A DNA stretch of 63,274 bases, the filler included. It is 5 parts of 5 records of this genome, joined end to end, with 100 filler letters (N's around TTAATTAATTAA, not from the genome) between each part and the next. Parts side by side here need not be neighbours in the genome. Positions count along the whole stretch, not along the records: positions 57,971 to 63,274 come from SRR31156797_4100; 4 more parts are not named here. One strand, written 5' to 3'. The notes under the pieces are model-generated. The model had not been told where the DNA came from and made no database searches. It saw only the letters and a list, made by a program, of their open reading frames with translations. Position numbers and translations under genes: made by a program. Positions 61,029-63,274 of the stretch are shown here, one piece after another (the stretch's first letter is position 1; every line of letters starts with the position of its first letter).

Positions 61029-61799
61029 TCAGATATCAGCGTCCCGGTTCATGTCCTTGCTGTAGATGTACCAATAGGGTTCGCGCCCAGTGGCGTAGGT
61101 TGCCTGTTGCACGAACGGGCCGAACCAGATGAAGTCTTCGGTCTTGACCTGCACCCAGTCTTCACCAAGCAGGTAAATGCCTTGTCCACCCAGCACGTAA
61201 GCGCCGTGTTCCTGGACGTGGGTTTCGCAGAACGGGTGGCAACCATCGGGCATGAACTTGAGCGTATGCATGTTCATGTCGAAGGCCATGTCATAGGGAA
61301 GCAGGTCACGCAGGAAAACGTTTTCCATGTCGTCATAGATGACTTCCTGCACATCATTGATGTTGCCGAACAGCTTCCAAGGCTTGAGGTCGCCAAGAGG
61401 CACAAAACGCTGCTTGTAGAGAAGAACCCGAACCGCCTTGCCGGAAGCATTCTCGAACTCGATGCCGTCATCCGGTGGAGCGAAGGCATATCCACCCGGT
61501 TTCAACGTTTCGGTTTGTCCGCCGACGGATACGCGAAGGTCTCCGTCCCCATCGATGACATATAGAAACGACTCAACCCCGGGTTCGATAACGAATGGGT
61601 TTGTCGTCTTGCCTCCGGGTTCGACCATGCCGACATACTGGACAAAACTCGCACCGATTTTTGGCGAGCAAATGATCGAAAGGCGGCACCCCTCAAACCC
61701 GGGGATGGAATTGATAACCCGTCCTTCAGGCGGAATCACCGCATAGCTGCCCGGCTTTACGACAGCGCGGGTTTCAAGAAATCCTTTTGGGTAACCCAT
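61029..61799 (-). CDS. allE: (S)-ureidoglycine aminohydrolase
   Basis: MGYP..TRAVVK..YAVIPPEG, FDMNMHTL.F.P..HPFCETHVQEHG, YIYSKDMNRD; ATG 61799 after GAGGAG. Confidence 0.93.
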   Translation of the reverse strand: MGYPKGFLETRAVVKPGSYAVIPPEGRVINSIPGFEGCRLSIICSPKIGASFVQYVGMVEPGGKTTNPFVIEPGVESFLYVIDGDGDLRVSVGGQTETLKPGGYAFAPPDDGIEFENASGKAVRVLLYKQRFVPLGDLKPWKLFGNINDVQEVIYDDMENVFLRDLLPYDMAFDMNMHTLKFMPDGCHPFCETHVQEHGAYVLGGQGIYLLGEDWVQVKTEDFIWFGPFVQQATYATGREPYWYIYSKDMNRDADI

Positions 61800-61841
61800 C
61801 TTTTTACTCCTCAACAATTCGGTTCCGACCGCGGATCACCA

Positions 61842-62342
61842 TCAGGCCGGCCGCTCAAGAATCATTTCCGGCCCGTTGGGCGGGAAATTCCAGATATCGC
61901 AGTTCTCTTCGTCACCTCCGCGGTCAATCACAAGGAACCGCGCCGGGTTCATGACGATCACCGGATGGTGCCAGACACCAGGATGAAAATTGACACCCTG
62001 CCCGTCACGGGCGAGGAATGCCCGGACATCTGAGGCATTGACATGGTCGCCTTCGGGCGCAACCACCACCAGGAATGCGTTGCCATCTAGTGGAATGAAC
62101 GCTTGGCTGCCCAGCGGGTGGCGCTCCAGCATTTCGATCTTCAAAGGAAATCCAAAGGGACTGCTCTCGAAAATACTAACAACTGGACGGCCGCCTTGTG
62201 CCGAGACGTCGATTCTGGCCAAATCGTCATGACGAACCGTCGTTCCATCATTGATGGATTTCGCAGTTCCTGCCGAGCTCTCGATGACATCACCGAAGCG
62301 GCTAAAGGTTTCGCGAGTCAGCGGTTTACATGCCATCGGCAA
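61842..62342 (-). CDS. allA: Ureidoglycolate lyase
   Basis: PLTRETFSRFGDVI, INDG, LERHPLGSQAFIP, QGVNFHPGVWHHP, DRGG..NC; TTG 62342 follows GAGGAGG. Confidence 0.93.
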   Translation of the reverse strand: MPMACKPLTRETFSRFGDVIESSAGTAKSINDGTTVRHDDLARIDVSAQGGRPVVSIFESSPFGFPLKIEMLERHPLGSQAFIPLDGNAFLVVVAPEGDHVNASDVRAFLARDGQGVNFHPGVWHHPVIVMNPARFLVIDRGGDEENCDIWNFPPNGPEMILERPA

Positions 62343-62571
62343 GGCGATCCTCCTCGGGTTCACCGAAACCCAGTATAAACGTCAATAAAACCTATTTTTT
62401 TCCGGTGTTCGTATATTTATAGCCTGCCCTCCAGCATTTGCAACAAATTTATTTCCAATTATCGTATAGAATATGACTCACGCGGAACTCTGAGGATAGG
62501 CATCAACCATAGCTCCGCTCCGCACTATATGTTTATACGCTCACTATCCAACTTTACATCCGGGATCGACG

Positions 62572-63274
62572 ATGGACATACGATTGGACCTAGAAGGCAT
62601 TTTTCCGGAAGGTGCGGCCCGGCGTACAGATCTGGCTAAGGCCAGGATTTTCCTGGCCATCCGCGAACAACCAAATGGTTCGCCTGTGACCCGGCGTAGC
62701 CTGACCGAAGGCTTATCGCTCCGTCAGGCAACGGTGTCAGCCATGGTTGGCGAGCTTATTCAGGATGGCTTGGTACTCGAGACCGAAAAAGCTGCACCGG
62801 CCGGCAAAGGTCGGCCTGAGGCTTCGCTCGGGATTCAGCCGGAACGTGTCATGGCGCCGGTAATCCAGGTCATTTCGCGGCGATTGCGTGGCATACGCCT
62901 CGACTTGAACGGGAATCCGACCGCCGAGCGGAACACCACTCTTGATGAGGATCAAGCATCGCCTGAAAACATTGGCCGTGCATTTCGCGATATTGCGCTC
63001 GAATTGGTTTCGAATCGACCGGACGGAACCGAATTCACCGGTATCGGAATCTCTTTGCCCGGGATCGTCGACCGACCACACCTGAACTGGATCTCGGCCG
63101 CCCGTTGGCCACGCCTTTCGGGTGTTAGTTTCCAAGCCCTTTCGAAGGAAACCGAACTACCGATACGAATCGAACGAAACCGCCAAGCCGAACTTCGTGC
63201 AATTTTGGCCAGAAATCCAGAAGATCGCCAGGGCGGTATCCTTTACGTAAGCTGGGGATACGGGATCAGTTCAG
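62572..63274 (+). CDS. ROK-family transcriptional regulator, 3'-truncated (absent from the ORF track)
   Basis: MDIRLDLEG..VTRRSLTEGLSLRQATVSAMVGELIQDGLVLE..GKGRP HTH; GIGISLPGIVD; open to the window end. Confidence 0.88.
   Translation, partial: MDIRLDLEGIFPEGAARRTDLAKARIFLAIREQPNGSPVTRRSLTEGLSLRQATVSAMVGELIQDGLVLETEKAAPAGKGRPEASLGIQPERVMAPVIQVISRRLRGIRLDLNGNPTAERNTTLDEDQASPENIGRAFRDIALELVSNRPDGTEFTGIGISLPGIVDRPHLNWISAARWPRLSGVSFQALSKETELPIRIERNRQAELRAILARNPEDRQGGILYVSWGYGISS

Noticed and set aside
62737-63135. 132-aa minus-strand ORF
   Set aside because: Antisense shadow of the plus-strand ROK regulator starting at 62572.

Overview
This window is not one locus. It is five unrelated contigs joined by artificial 100-nt spacers (44 N + TTAATTAATTAA + 44 N) at 7523-7622, 16838-16937, 27571-27670 and 57871-57970; taxonomic labels are inferred from protein style and base composition. 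(1) 1-7522, Bacteroidota-like: a secreted SpvB/FG-GAP/YD-RHS polymorphic-toxin-type gene, a convergent lipoprotein, a decayed XRE regulator and a degenerate orphan RHS fragment. (2) 7623-16837, Clostridia-like: carbohydrate ABC transporter, a yjdF riboswitch with yjdF, a hybrid kinase and partial glgB. (3) 16938-27570, very AT-rich, Fusobacteria-like: a kinase plus pseudokinase pair, a catalytically eroded Rpn protein, a phage-type AbrB/antirepressor module with an operator and a candidate antisense sRNA, an HTH-TPR cassette bracketed by a ~55-bp direct repeat, and a BspA-LRR/Ig surface protein. (4) 27671-57870, Deferribacterales-like: a Fur-boxed iron island (ferrosome-like P1B-ATPase cluster, HutW-like radical SAM, flavodoxin, DUF2023, DUF2325), a Crp/Fnr-DUF4242 unit, ilvD, a globin/PAS/LuxR regulator next to a Tat molybdoenzyme, an amidoligase-like plus GGCT pair, an eroded Mrr, a HesB-like selenoprotein (in-frame UGA) missed by the ORF track, a GGDEF protein and DUF3360. 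(5) 57971-63274, GC-rich, alphaproteobacterial-like: allA, allE, pseudo-ATCase, asparaginase and carbamate kinase (purine/ureide catabolism) with a divergent ROK regulator. No CRISPR array, rRNA or tRNA was seen. All family calls come from motif recognition by eye, not database searches.
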